Shown in pieces: positions 14,201 to 25,722 of a DNA stretch of 64,000 bases; positions within the stretch are counted from its first letter, which is position 1, and each line of letters starts with the position of its first letter. A program made the position numbers and the translations under genes. The stretch comes from Octopus vulgaris (Eukaryota): assembly GCA_951406725.2 (NCBI GenBank), contig OX597814.1, positions 197,532,001 through 197,596,000 of the forward strand, in the 5' to 3' direction. Under the pieces are notes generated by a model, which was not told the origin of the DNA, did no database searches, and saw nothing but the letters and a program-made list of their open reading frames with translations.

Positions 14201-14424
14201 TATTGCCATCACTACACTACCTCCATCGTCATATTAGAATGCTATACTTCTCTGTATAAAATTGTTAGAAATTGTTAACGAATTTATTAATAACGATAAA
14301 CGAAGTGAAATAGAACAGATACGTGTTTTTATTGCTGTTGGCATAATGGCCCTCCCAAAATGCAACAAAATAATTATTGCTTTTATTATTTTTTGTTTCT
14401 TGCAGTTAGGAGTATTTCTGAATG

Positions 14425-14623
14425 TAAGGTGGCGAATTGGCTGAATCGTTAGCGCATCAGATACAATGCCTTGTAGTATTTAGTTAGGGTTCTTTACATT
14501 CTGAGATCAAATACCGCCGTGATTAACTTTACCTTTTATCCTTTCGGGGCCGATAAAGTAGGGTACCAGTCAAGTACTGGGATCTCCTCCAAATATTGTT
14601 GTCCTTGTGCTTAAATTAAAGAA
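14425..14623 (+). mobile_element. SINE family B (Meta-domain-like), diverged
   Basis: aaggtggcgaattggctgaatcgttagc...tatcctttcggggccgataaa...gtaccagt. Confidence 0.8.
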
Positions 14624-14909
14624 AATGGTCACTTTTTGAAGGCGGATGTCTTAGTTGTTTGTGTGTTGGATTCAAGATTATCAGGCGATCTGACCACGTA
14701 TTGCGTTCTTGAGCAACATTTCTCGTTGTTCTAAGTGCACCAACCTGAAAATGGAACATCAGTGAGTAACATAGTATATGTAAAAGTGGTTCCTGGAGAT
14801 TCATCCTACGAGGAAATGATGTCCCATTCAGCTATAGTCTTGTACTCTAAGTATAAATACCTTGAAAATCCGAGCACTGTATCCTCGAAAGAGAATTATT
14901 ATTATTATG

Positions 14910-14948
<39 letters not shown>

Positions 14949-14965
14949 GTTGTTGTTGTTGTTGT

Positions 14966-15286
14966 TTTACTTCTCAGAACGTTCGATCGTGTTTGTTCTG
15001 GTAGATTCTGTGAGAGCGGACAGCAGTCCGCTGTCAGAGGTCGCGCAGGGTGTCTTTCCGCACAATACAAGCTTTGAAACCTGGTTGTTAATTATCGTGA
15101 GGGACATTCAGCATCCAAGTACCAATCTCAAAATCCTAGCTGTCCCCAGAACAGCAGGTTGCGGGGCTTGCTCTGCTCTCATGTCAATTCCGATTTCTCT
15201 GACATATTTCTCGAACTTGACACTCCTCATAGTCCACATTCTTGCAATTTCGTCTTTTAATAGTCTGTGCTTTTCAGTCTTTTCTA
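14966..15286 (-). mobile_element. R4/Dong-clade LINE 3' fragment (restriction-like endonuclease C-terminus)
   Basis: EKTEKHRLLKDEIARMW...VLGTARILRLVL*, flanked on both sides by (ATT)n. Confidence 0.7.
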
Positions 15287-15329
15287 TGATTATTATCATT
15301 ATTACTATTATTATTATTTTTATTATTAT

Positions 15330-15672
15330 TCCACCGAGGTCGATTTTGCCTTACATCCTTTCGGGGTCGATAAATTAAGTATCAATGAAACACTGGGATC
15401 GATGTAATCGACTTATCCCCTCCACCAAATTGGCTGCCCTTGTGGCAAAATTAGTAGTAGCAGTAGAAAGACGAGCTGGCAGAATCGTTAGCACGCCGGA
15501 CAAAATGCTTAGCGGCATTTCGTCCGTGTCTACGTTCTGAGTTCAAATTCCGCCAAGGTCGAGTTGCCTTTCATCCTGGTCGATAAATAAAGTACCAGTG
15601 AAACACTGGGGGTCGATGTAGCCGACTCATCCACTTTCCCAAAATGGCTGCCTTTGAGGCAAAATTTGAAAC
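15330..15672 (+). mobile_element. Two adjacent SINE family B copies (15330-15452 partial; 15468-15672)
   Basis: Repeated gaggtcgattttgccttacatcctttcggggtcgataaa block; head gagctggcagaatcgttagc. Confidence 0.88.
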
Positions 15673-16240
15673 CATTATCATTTGTAGTAGCAGCAGCAGC
15701 AGGAAAATTGTTGTTGTTGTTGTTATCTAAATTCTTAGTTAGATGAATTAAGTTCATTTCTTGCAGTCCAAAGAAATGGATGCGACAGGAGAGCGCGGAG
15801 CCGAATACAACAAATATTCCAAATTAACGAAATACCAAATGAAAAAAGCTCTAAATACATCGATAGCCCTGGGTATAACTGTTTCCTGTAACGCACCAGG
15901 TCTGGTCTATACTTCCATTTGACTTGTCAATACAAAGAATGGTCGTATAACATTCCAGTTGAAGAAGTTACAAATGAGATAATGAACACACATCTTACAT
16001 GCTATAGTGTTTACGAGTCAATAGATGAGTCGATGTAATCTTTTATATTATCATCTGGCTTATTCACGACAGTCAGTATTTCGATATCAGTTATATATTT
16101 ATTATTGCCGTTTATATAGTGGTTAATGAGGTCAAGATTGTTGAGTGTTAGTTGGTAATCCATGCTATGATAAACTTTATACATTTGTTGTAGTGAAATA
16201 GTACACTCCTTCTCACGTGACAAGTAGGTTGAGAGCCACT

Positions 16241-16289
<49 letters not shown>

Positions 16290-16552
16290 AGTCGTTGTAC
16301 GTGTTTCTGAGTTGGAGTTAGTATCAGTTACGTGATGTATACGGGTTCGAGTTGCCATCAAAGTAGTCGTTTCAAAGTCATTGTCTTGCGGAGCTATCAA
16401 CGAAATCACGATAGACGAACAAAAGATACGGTACGGAAATTCGCCACAGCATATTTGTGACGACAAGAATAACAGTTCATGCGGACAACGTTGAAATATT
16501 TTTCACATGAAGAAATTAAAATCTCGACAATATCATATCTACAATTGCCACT

Positions 16553-17170
16553 AAGGCGGCGAGCTGGCAGAATCGTTAGCACGCCGGGCGAAATGCTTAG
16601 CGGTATTTCGTCTGCGGTTGCGTTCTGAGTTCAAATTCCGCCGAGGTCGACTTTGCCTTTCATCCTTTCGGGGTCGATAAATTAAGAACCAGTTACGAAC
16701 TAGGGTCGATATAATTGACTTAATCCGTTTGTCTGTCCTTGTTTATCCCTCTGTGTGTGTAGCCCCTTGCGGGCAGTAAAAGAAAATAGGTATTTCGGTA
16801 TTTCGTCTGCCGCTACTTTCTGAGTTCAAATTCCGCCGAGATCGACTTTGCCGTTCATCCTTTCAGGGTCGATAAATTAAGTATCCGTAAAATAGTGGGG
16901 TCGATGGAATTGACTATTCCCCTCACCCAAAATGGCTGCCCTTGTGGCATAATTTAAAACCATTACGGTGGCGAGCTGACAGAATCGTTAGCACGCCGGG
17001 CAAAATGCTTAGCGGCATTTTGTCTGTCGTTACGTTCTGATTTAAAACGCCACCGGTTCGACCTCGCTTTTGCTTTGGAGGTCGTTAAAAAAAAGTACCA
17101 GTTAAATGCTAGGGTTGGTGTAATCACTTTCTCATTCGCCCGAAATTGCTGGCCCTGAGCCAAAAAATTA
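16553..17170 (+). mobile_element. SINE family B dimer (16553-16962) plus diverged copy (16965-17170)
   Basis: Head aaggcggcgagctggcagaatcgttagc, B box gagttcaaattcc, tail 1 tgtccttg...gccccttg...aaagaaaatagg, then a restart at ggtatttcgtctgcc. Confidence 0.92.
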
Positions 17171-17663
17171 GAAAAAAACGAATTAATAAGTGTATCCACA
17201 AGGTGCTAACTATTTTCTACAAATATGCTATAAGATCAACTCGTAATAGAATAAAAGGACGTAGTAAGTGGGTCTGGTCTTACCTTCCATGTAGTGTGAT
17301 TCACGTTTCTATTAGGGAACACAAGGGTAATGGACATAGAACAAAGAGAAAGTCAAAAATGCGATCACATTCTAACGCTTTATTGGATTTTTTTTACGTG
17401 AAATCATAGGCCTGAGAGTAATATCAAATATATTTGCCTGTTTTTATCCATACTGCAGAGATGTCCCCTGTCGTGATCATCCACAGTTTTCATGAACAAG
17501 ACATGCAGAAAAATCAAATATGCTTTAGTTATGTAATCACCTGCGTTAAACATACAGTATTATTATAAATGGTACCTTGTTGTCAGTATTTCCAATTGTA
17601 TAATGTCCCCTCTGTGCTTTAGCCCCTTGCTGGAAAAAGAAATAAATATTATTGTATTTTAAT

Positions 17664-17709
<46 letters not shown>

Positions 17710-17710
<1 letters not shown>

Positions 17711-17864
17711 GACGGGCTTCCACACAGTTAGGTCTACCAAATTCACTTATCAGGAATTGGGGCTATAAAAGAAAACTCATGCCCTATGTGCTGCGCAGTG
17801 GAACCGAACGCAAAGCACGTCGTTTTACAGAGGGCTTGTTAACCATACATGCATGCTTGCACCT
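17710..17864 (-). mobile_element. SINE family A, 5' part, diverged
   Basis: gacgggcttccacacagtt...gcagtggaaccgaac. Confidence 0.7.
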
Positions 17865-19132
17865 ATACAGTAAATTACTAAATATTATCATTAATATCGT
17901 TACCACGAGTAGCAGTGTTATTATCGTTGAGTGTTTCAGAGTTAAGCACCAGATGAGTGTGCGTGCGTGTGTGTGTGTGTGTGTGTGTGTCTTTGAAACT
18001 TCCCTTTGGCTCTACCACACTTCATTTCAATAGTTAATACCGCAGAAAAACTTTTGTGAACAACAAAACTTCCATATTTCTCTTCCAAAATTCTCAAGTT
18101 TTCGTCTATGTAAAAAAAGAAATGAACCAGACATATACGATATTATTACTATGCGTTTTATTCTAATTATTAGCTTTAAACAAATAATTAGCAAACTTTT
18201 ACAGTTATCTACTTAGACAGGGAGATTAAACTGCTTTAAAAAAAATAATAATTGTACCGTTTTCCTTTCTTTACCGAGTTGAAACCACCTCGATGCATAT
18301 TAAGCAGGTATTTCTTAGGTTATTATATCTTAAAACAGAGTAAATTACATTGTTGTGTAGTAACGTTTTTTTATATATACACAGACGTAACATACAACCA
18401 AAGAGCCCTCCTTGGTGCTAGTGCAAAGTAAAACAGCTAAGCGGCGATGTGAGAAGATCCAATTTTACCGATGCTAAACATAGTATTTTTACATCAACAA
18501 TAATTACTTTCAACGGGATTGTTACCATGTTTCTAAACCAATTTGAAATGAAGAACTAAAGAACAAATTTGAAAAGAACAAAATATAACAAAAAAAGAAT
18601 AATAAATAAACTTTGGGAGAAAACTCAAGCTTCAGCCATGGGAAACGAAGGTATACGGTTGTAAGAGAAAAATAAATCAGTCTGCAAATTGAATTTACGA
18701 TCAGGTAATGACTTTAAAGAAACGAGAAGTGGGAAGACGACTCGGTTAAAGAAGAAATTTTCGCTATAAAAAGTGTTTCGGGGTTTCAATTAGTTGGAAG
18801 GGAGATAGTTGTGTAGACACAAAATTATATATGTATATTTATATGTGTGTATGTGTGTGTTTATGTATAAACATACATATATGAGTGCGTGTGTGTGTAT
18901 GTGTGTATGCAAGTGTTCAGATATATGTACACATATATAGATATGTACATATGTATATTTATATGTATGTATATGCGCATATTTATATGTGTATATGGAT
19001 GTGTATATATACGTATTCACAAAATACATATGTGTGTGCATGTGTATATATATATATATAAAGACATGCGCGTATAGTTTTTTTCTCTAGTTTCAGCTCA
19101 GAGCTGCGGCCATGCTGATACACCGCCGTTAA

Positions 19133-19164
<32 letters not shown>

Positions 19165-19339
19165 CTCACAAATACAGTTACATATATATATATATAAATA
19201 TGAGAGAGAGAGAGAGAAATAGATCAATACACACACACACTCACAAAGATTTCTATATCCAAATATAAATGTGTTCAGGCGCCTGAGTGTGTGCAGATTC
19301 AAAGAAAGTAAGAGTACTCAATACTAGAGCTGAATGAGT

Positions 19340-19790
19340 TATTCTTTTCTACTTTAGGCACGCGGCTCGAAATTTTGGGGGAAGGCGCCAGTCAATTACA
19401 TCGACCACAGTACGAAACTGGTACTTAATTCATCGACTCCGAAAAGATGAAAGGAAAAGTCGACCTCGGCGGAATTTGAACTCAGAACGTAGCGGCAGAC
19501 GAAATACCTATTTCTTTACTACCCACATGGGGCTAAACACGGAGAGGACAAACAAGGATAGACAAACGGATTAAGTCGATTATATCGACCCCAGTGCGTA
19601 ACTGGGACTTCTTTAATCGACCCCGAAATGATGAAAGGCAAAGTCGACCTCGGCATAATTTTAACTCAGAACGTAGCAGCAGACGAAATACCGCTAAGTA
19701 TTTCCCCCCGCGTGCTAACGTTTCGAAAGGACGGTCAAAATACCGATAAATATTTTTCCCGGTGTGCTAATGATTCTGCCAGCTCACCTC
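19340..19790 (-). mobile_element. SINE family B dimer plus an older head fragment
   Basis: Same two-monomer layout as 16553-16962, on the opposite strand. Confidence 0.9.
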
Positions 19791-19809
19791 ATATATAGCG
19801 AGACAGAGA

Positions 19810-20760
19810 CCCGCATGCCGCATTGAACATCACAGAGAAAGCTGAGCAGAGTATCTGCACCACGTTTTGCCAAAAAGCTTGGTTATCCCTGCTCAGTGGC
19901 CAACGCAAACATTTTCAAAAAAGTTTTCATCGTCCTTGACATAATCAAGGACCTCTTGTGCAGCTGGAAATAGTTTTAGCACAAACTTAGCAGACATGCG
20001 TCTCATACCCAAATCTTCAGTGATAATGGACTGAAGGGAACCGTAACTAATCTGCATATTCTCTGATAACTCACGGATGGTGATTCGACGATTTCCCCTC
20101 ACAGCTGCACGCACATTTGCGATGTTTTTTTCAGTCCAGCTGGTAGCAGGTTTCTAGAACGTTCGTCAATGTCGACATTTTTGGACCATCTTGGAAACGT
20201 TTGAACCTATTTCTTTACTACCCACAAGGGGCTAAACACAGAGAGGACAAACAAGGACAGACAAACGGATAAAGTCGATTACATCGACCCCGGTGCGTAA
20301 CTGGTACTTATTTAATCGACCTCGAAAGGATGAAAGGCAAAGTCGACCTCGGCGGAATTTGAACTCAGAGCCTAACGGCAGACGAAATACTGCTACGCAT
20401 TTCGCCCGGCGTGCTAACGTTTCTGCCAGCTCGCCGCCTTTTGGAAACGTTTGAATCACTCGAGCACATGTGTGCAGCTCATGCACTCCTTTCCATACAC
20501 TCTCTGCAAATCCGCGTAGACCTTTGAGCACGTATCTCTGCTCAACTTTCTCTCCCGCGATCAATGCGATGATAACACGCTACACACCTTCCTTCCAAGC
20601 TCTGTGGCAAACAGCGGAAGTGAGCTAGAACTTTAAAACTTAGTGGCGTATGCACAGCAGAATTCAATGTCAGTCTTTGCCAAGCGGTTTCCCTCTGCGT
20701 ATTTCAGCTTCCTTAGTCAATAAGTATCCAACAGTCCGGATACTTATTGATCAGACCTTG
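19810..20760 (-). mobile_element. Decayed mariner (Tc1/mariner) transposon
   Basis: EKVEQR...VYGKECMS...FKRF and VRAAVRGNRRITIRELS...IITEDLGMRRMSAKFV (HTH domains and the linker motif). TIR-like caaggtctgatcaataagtatccggactg at 20760-20732. Confidence 0.85.
20206..20440 (-). mobile_element. SINE family B monomer inserted into the mariner, with 15-bp TSD
   Basis: ttggaaacgtttgaa at both 20191-20205 and 20441-20455. Confidence 0.95.
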
Positions 20761-21220
20761 TTCTTCCTTGCTTCAATCTAACATAACTGGCTGCATCAGA
20801 TACTTCACGCTATCTTCAATGACACATCTTTCTTATAAGTAGCAGACATTGTTTTCTCCAGAATATAATAAACTTAGAGACAGAAAATAAAAAAATAATA
20901 CGTAAGAATGTCTGTAAAAATGGAACAGTCTTTTATTACCTGGAACAAAAATGACATTTAAACGCACGTATGTCTGTTTGCACAGGCTTTAAGAACAGCA
21001 TTCTCTTCTCGTCTTATTATTAATATTATTATCTTTATTGTTACTGACGAGGAAGCGGGGTGGTTGTTTGTTTGCAGTTCTCAGTCAAGACAGCAAACAA
21101 ACACCAATATTTCTCGTGACTATATCACCATAGAAGGAGACATAAATAAATATATATATATATTTATATAATACATATGTATATATATATACATACATAC
21201 ATATATATATATGTATTATA

Positions 21221-21251
<31 letters not shown>

Positions 21252-21491
21252 TATAAAATGTGCGTGTGTATACATACATACATACATACATACGTGTGTG
21301 TCTATACACACACTTATGCACATACATATAGCATACATACACCAAAGCAAAGACACGCTTATTGCTTATTCCACTTATAATATTATTAGAAGTTTTCTTG
21401 CTCGCAGAAGTAACATCAGCAGTAAACTTGTGATGACGATGATGAGGAGGTGGAAGAGGAGGAGGATGATGATAATAATAATAATAATAAT

Positions 21492-22160
21492 GTAGATCAG
21501 AACTAATTAGATGAAAACCAAGATAGATGAAGGCTAGGTAGATTCCTAATGTAGTTTCTGTAAATGAAAATAGGATAGTGTTATTCATATAGTAAGAAGG
21601 CTGGCACAGAAAGAATACAAGAAAATACATGATAATCTAGGGAGAGTAATCCCCTGGGAGTTATGTAGGATGCTATGATTTTACGAGACTGATAAATAGT
21701 ATGAACAGGAACCTAGTAAAGTACGAAAAATTGAGAAATATAAGATGTTGCGGGACTTCATAATTGATAATGGAAGCTAGAAGGCCTGATTGTGTAATAG
21801 TAGGTAAAGAGAATAGAAAGAATAGATAATTGACTTTAGTCCCAATTGGAGAGAATGTTAATATGAGAGGTACAAAGACAATAGCAAAGTACCAGGATCT
21901 AGGCATTGTGTTACAGAGACTATGGAAAGTCCGGGTAAAACTATCCCTCTAGTCATTGGTGCATTAGGAACTATTACGAAGGATCTGAACAGATTCATAG
22001 AGGAAATAGGCATGAATCCTAGTTTAGTAAAGCTCCAAAAAGTAGTATTAGGGATAGCTAGGATAATTAGGAAGGTTCCTGGCATCTAAATTTACTTGTA
22101 GTGGCCCGATGTTAGGAATTTTTCTTTCCCAACAGTTTAATATGTTGTGCATGTATGAAA
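21492..22160 (+). mobile_element. R4/Dong-clade LINE 3' fragment
   Basis: CSFC...H, LAQKEYKKIHD (21601-), EARRPDCVIV, KYQDL, IPLVIGALG, LGIARIIRKV...stop 22087-22089: zinc knuckle plus PD-(D/E)xK endonuclease. Flanked by (ATA)n and (ATG)n. Confidence 0.88.
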
Positions 22161-22179
22161 TAATGATGATGATGATTTC

Positions 22180-22375
22180 AATTTATGGCACAAGGCCAGC
22201 GACTTCAGAATGAGGGATCGTTAAAGGTCTGCCCCAGTGTTCAACTGGTATGTATGTATTTTATTGATCTCAAAAAGGGACGAAAGGCAACGTCAATCAC
22301 GGCGACATAAAAACGGATGAAATGCCTGTAGGCATTTTGCCCGGCGCTCTAACGATTCTGTAAGCTCTTCACCTT
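22180..22375 (-). mobile_element. SINE family B, diverged
   Basis: ggcacaaggccagc...gaaaggcaacgtcaa...ttgcccggcgctctaacgattctg. Confidence 0.75.
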
Positions 22376-22379
22376 AAAC

Positions 22380-23077
22380 TTTGCAGGCACGGAAGTGCCG
22401 CCAGGTGAGACTGTCTGAGAATGCGCACAGAGTGACGAAACTATTCTGCATGCCCTCGTGCAGTGTCCGAGCATTGCTGATTTAAGGGGTTATGTCAAAC
22501 AGGTGTTATCGCGCTTGGGACGAATCCGTATACCGGCCTAATCCATTGTAAGGATCGCTCCACCACCCACCTTTAAGACGGCAGGGCAGATGTTGTTCCC
22601 CTGTCGCTATGGTGAAAGATGTTGTGTGGTGGACGAAGACGAAAGGATTGAGAGAAGACACTTTCCTCTTGGGTCAAGCCTTTCGAGTTCCAATTGCAGA
22701 GGAAAGTGAGGGTGAAACAGGAAGCGTTACCTCCCAGTGAATTTGTGAAAAGGCGACTTTGGCAAAAATGGCCCTACACTTAGCATGTGCTGGCAGATTG
22801 CTGAAGAACAGTTGGGAGACTGCTCGTGCCTTTGGTGGTTGGAGCAAGATTTGAATCTGTGGTATTATTTGATTGGTCCTAGTTAGAGTCCTTTTTTCCT
22901 GTATCAGGAGGATGCATCATTCACACTATCTCATACTTAGTATACTCTTATAGTTTTATCGCATCCCACCATCTTTCCTATTTCTTTCTCCTCATCTTTT
23001 ATTTAAATCCCCACACAAATTGTTATCTGTCCTTGTGATATCACCCTCATTCATGCCCCTGTGGCTAATAAAAGAAG
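22380..23077 (+). mobile_element. Tx1/L1-clade LINE 3' fragment (CCHC finger plus 3' UTR)
   Basis: CLR/CAQSDETILHALVQCP from 22412 (one frameshift), KDVVWW, pyrimidine-rich UTR ending gcccctgtggctaataaaagaa. Confidence 0.75.
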
Positions 23078-23099
23078 TTATTACTATCATTATATTGAG

Positions 23100-23297
23100 G
23101 CCACAAAGATAGCAGCATTTAGGCAAGGAACCAAGTCGATATCAATGACCCCAGTACTTCACTGATGCTTTATATCATAAACCTCGAGGTGAAAAGCAAA
23201 GTTGACCTCAGTGGGGCTTGAACCCAGAAAATACGAAGCCGCAACCAATGCCGGAAAACATTTACCTGACGCTCTAAATATTCTGCCAGCTTGCCTA
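23100..23297 (-). mobile_element. SINE family B, diverged
   Basis: gaccccagtact...gaaaagcaaagttgacctc...ttctgccagcttgcc. Confidence 0.7.
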
Positions 23298-23309
23298 GTC
23301 ATTATTATA

Positions 23310-23352
<43 letters not shown>

Positions 23353-23737
23353 CGCTGATGATGATAGTGATCATGATGCTTAGAAAGCACACAGTAAGGA
23401 TTAGTGTAAGCAGGGATCAAAGATGAAACGAGATATACATGGGATTAGAACAGATTTAGGAAGAAATAAAATAACTGCAAGAAACAGTATTTATTCAACT
23501 TCAGTCTGTCCTAATATATGAAGATTTTGGAAATAAAGTAAGTTATTTGGAGTTGAGAGAGTTAAAATATTAAAATATTCCTTTGTTGAACTTTGAAAAT
23601 TGCTTACGTAATTGTTCGTGAGATTCTTATAATTGTATTCATGTTCGAAAATATCTGACTTCAATATAGATTATAATGTAATATAAAAGGTAGTATGTTT
23701 ATTAAAGTAATACACCTATAGTATGTATTATTTTATA

Positions 23738-23970
23738 TGTGGAGGCGCTTGGCTCAGTGGTTAGGGTGTTGGACTCACGATCGTAAGATTGCAGTTTCGA
23801 TTCCTGGGTCGGGCGATGCGTTGTGTTTCTCAGCAAAACACTTCACTTCGCGTTGTTCCAGTCCACTCAGCTGTAGAAATGAGTTTATCCTGGTGAGGGG
23901 ATGGGCACCGCCCTAGGTACGCTGCATGACTGCAACGCCACGACTAATCCAAAGGGATTAAGGGACTTAT
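23738..23970 (+). mobile_element. SINE family C (body 2, third tail type)
   Basis: tgtggaggcgcttggctcagtggttagggtg...gtttcgattcc...ccagtccactcagctg. Confidence 0.82.
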
Positions 23971-24000
23971 AAATCGCCAAAGTTATATAATATGTATTTG

Positions 24001-24204
24001 TTTATTACCCAGAAGGGGCTAAACATAGAGAGGACAAACAAGGACAGACATAGGTATTAAGTCGATTACATCGACCCCAGTGCGTAACTGGTACTTAATT
24101 TATCGACCCCGAAAGGATGAAAGGCAAAGTCGACCTCGGCGGAATTTGAACTCAGAACGTAACGACAGACGAAATACCGCTAAGCATTTCGCCCGGCGCA
24201 CTAA
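24001..24204 (-). mobile_element. SINE family B monomer
   Basis: Near-identical to 20206-20420. Confidence 0.92.
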
Positions 24205-24307
24205 TTAAAAAGCTCGCTTTGCAAACAGGTAGTATCGGATTAAGTCTCGCTGCTTTTGATTCCCTTGGTTGGTTTTTAGGATTTAGGCTAGAAGTTTGAT
24301 GCATCTA

Positions 24308-24459
24308 AATTTATATACATTATTTACATTTGACAGATATTTGTCCTCATTTTTTTGTTGTTGTTTACGCAACGTTCCAGCTGATATACTTTCCAGCCTT
24401 CATCGGGTATCCTGGGGAAATTTCGAACCTGGGTTCTCATTCCTAAGGTATTTTTCCGC

Positions 24460-24493
<34 letters not shown>

Positions 24494-24691
24494 AACTCGG
24501 AATCTTGGGGTTAGTAACCCGCGCTCTTAACCACTACGCCATATGCCCGTGGTGTAGTGGTTAGGAGCGCGGGCTACTAATCCCAAGATTTCGAGTCCGA
24601 TTCCAGGCATTGACCATAATAATAATAACATCGGAAAAATATCTTAGGAATGAGAACCCAGGTTCGAAATTTCCCCAGGACACCTGATGAA
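24308..24691. mobile_element. Head-to-head inverted pair of tRNA-derived SINE family D with hammerhead-like tail
   Basis: Arms 24399-24541 and 24550-24691 are reverse complements around the spacer tatgcccg. Head tggcgtagtggttaagagcgc; tail cctgatgaa-ggctg...cagc. Confidence 0.8.
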
Positions 24692-24727
24692 TATATATAT
24701 TTGTATGCACGCCTATATACGTGTATG

Positions 24728-24762
<35 letters not shown>

Positions 24763-24824
24763 TTTTATGTATGTCTATATGTGTGTATGTATATATATAT
24801 ATATGTATGTATGTATATTTAAAC

Positions 24825-24856
<32 letters not shown>

Positions 24857-25288
24857 AAATATATATAAATACATGCAAACAAATATATACATATATAGAT
24901 ATGCACACATATATGTGTATATTTCTCAACGAAGTACATAACATGCGCAGGCGCAAGCGTTGTATATTATTTGAGAGGGAAAGAAAGGGAGAGAGAGAGA
25001 GAGACTGAGAAACTAACAGAAAGCAATAGTTAACGCATCTCCCTCTCTTTGTGGGTTTGATGGATGAACGGTTGCATGAACAGAAAACGTATCAGGTTTC
25101 CATGCATCATTTATTGAGAATAGATAGTGTCCCTAACCAAAAAGGAGTGTAATGCCTTTGAAAAAAATCCCATTCTTTAATCTATCATGTAATCATATAT
25201 ACACATACACACACACCGAGATACACACACAGCCACACACAGCCACACACAGCCACACACATATACACACACGCACACATATATAACC

Positions 25289-25330
<42 letters not shown>

Positions 25331-25588
25331 ATATATATATAGTCATATGAATATTGCATATTGCAAGCACATGGATACATGAAATACATATACAAATAAA
25401 ATGTATTCGTGTGTGTGAGTGTATATATATATATATATGTGTATCTATTTATACAGAGAGATGGATATATATATATGTACACATAGTTTTATATATGTGT
25501 GTGTTGTATATATATGTGAGTGTGTATATATATGTATCTATTTATACAGAGAATGGATATATATATATATATATATATATACAGAGAG

Positions 25589-25631
<43 letters not shown>

Positions 25632-25633
25632 GT

Positions 25634-25674
<41 letters not shown>

Positions 25675-25687
25675 CACATAGTTATAC

Positions 25688-25722
<35 letters not shown>

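Larger units (their letters stand above)
14346..16550 (+). pseudogene. Cys-loop subunit pseudogene P5: signal-peptide exon 14346-14424 plus large exon from 15767
   Basis: MALPKCNKIIIAFIIFCFLQLGVFLN + G joins in phase 1 to ttgcag|TC-QRNGCD. Then SI*LVNTKNGRITFQL (15914-15961), MNTHLTC, IWL (16053-16061), VSW (16147-16155), CSEIVHSFSRDK*V (16189-16230; F8, D11 and Q13-to-stop of the Cys-loop pattern) and VFLSW (16301-16315). Offsets to nAChR alpha1 W60/W67/W86/W118/C128 stay within about 2 codons of each other. Confidence 0.7.

Noticed and set aside
15826-15920. GPCR TM6-like reading KKALNTSIALGITVSCNAP
   Set aside because: Isolated resemblance; the surrounding motifs fit a Cys-loop extracellular domain with consistent spacing.
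16011-16466. 151-aa minus-strand ORF with poly-Leu
   Set aside because: The poly-Leu is the (TAG)n repeat, and the region is better explained as the antisense of pseudogene P5.
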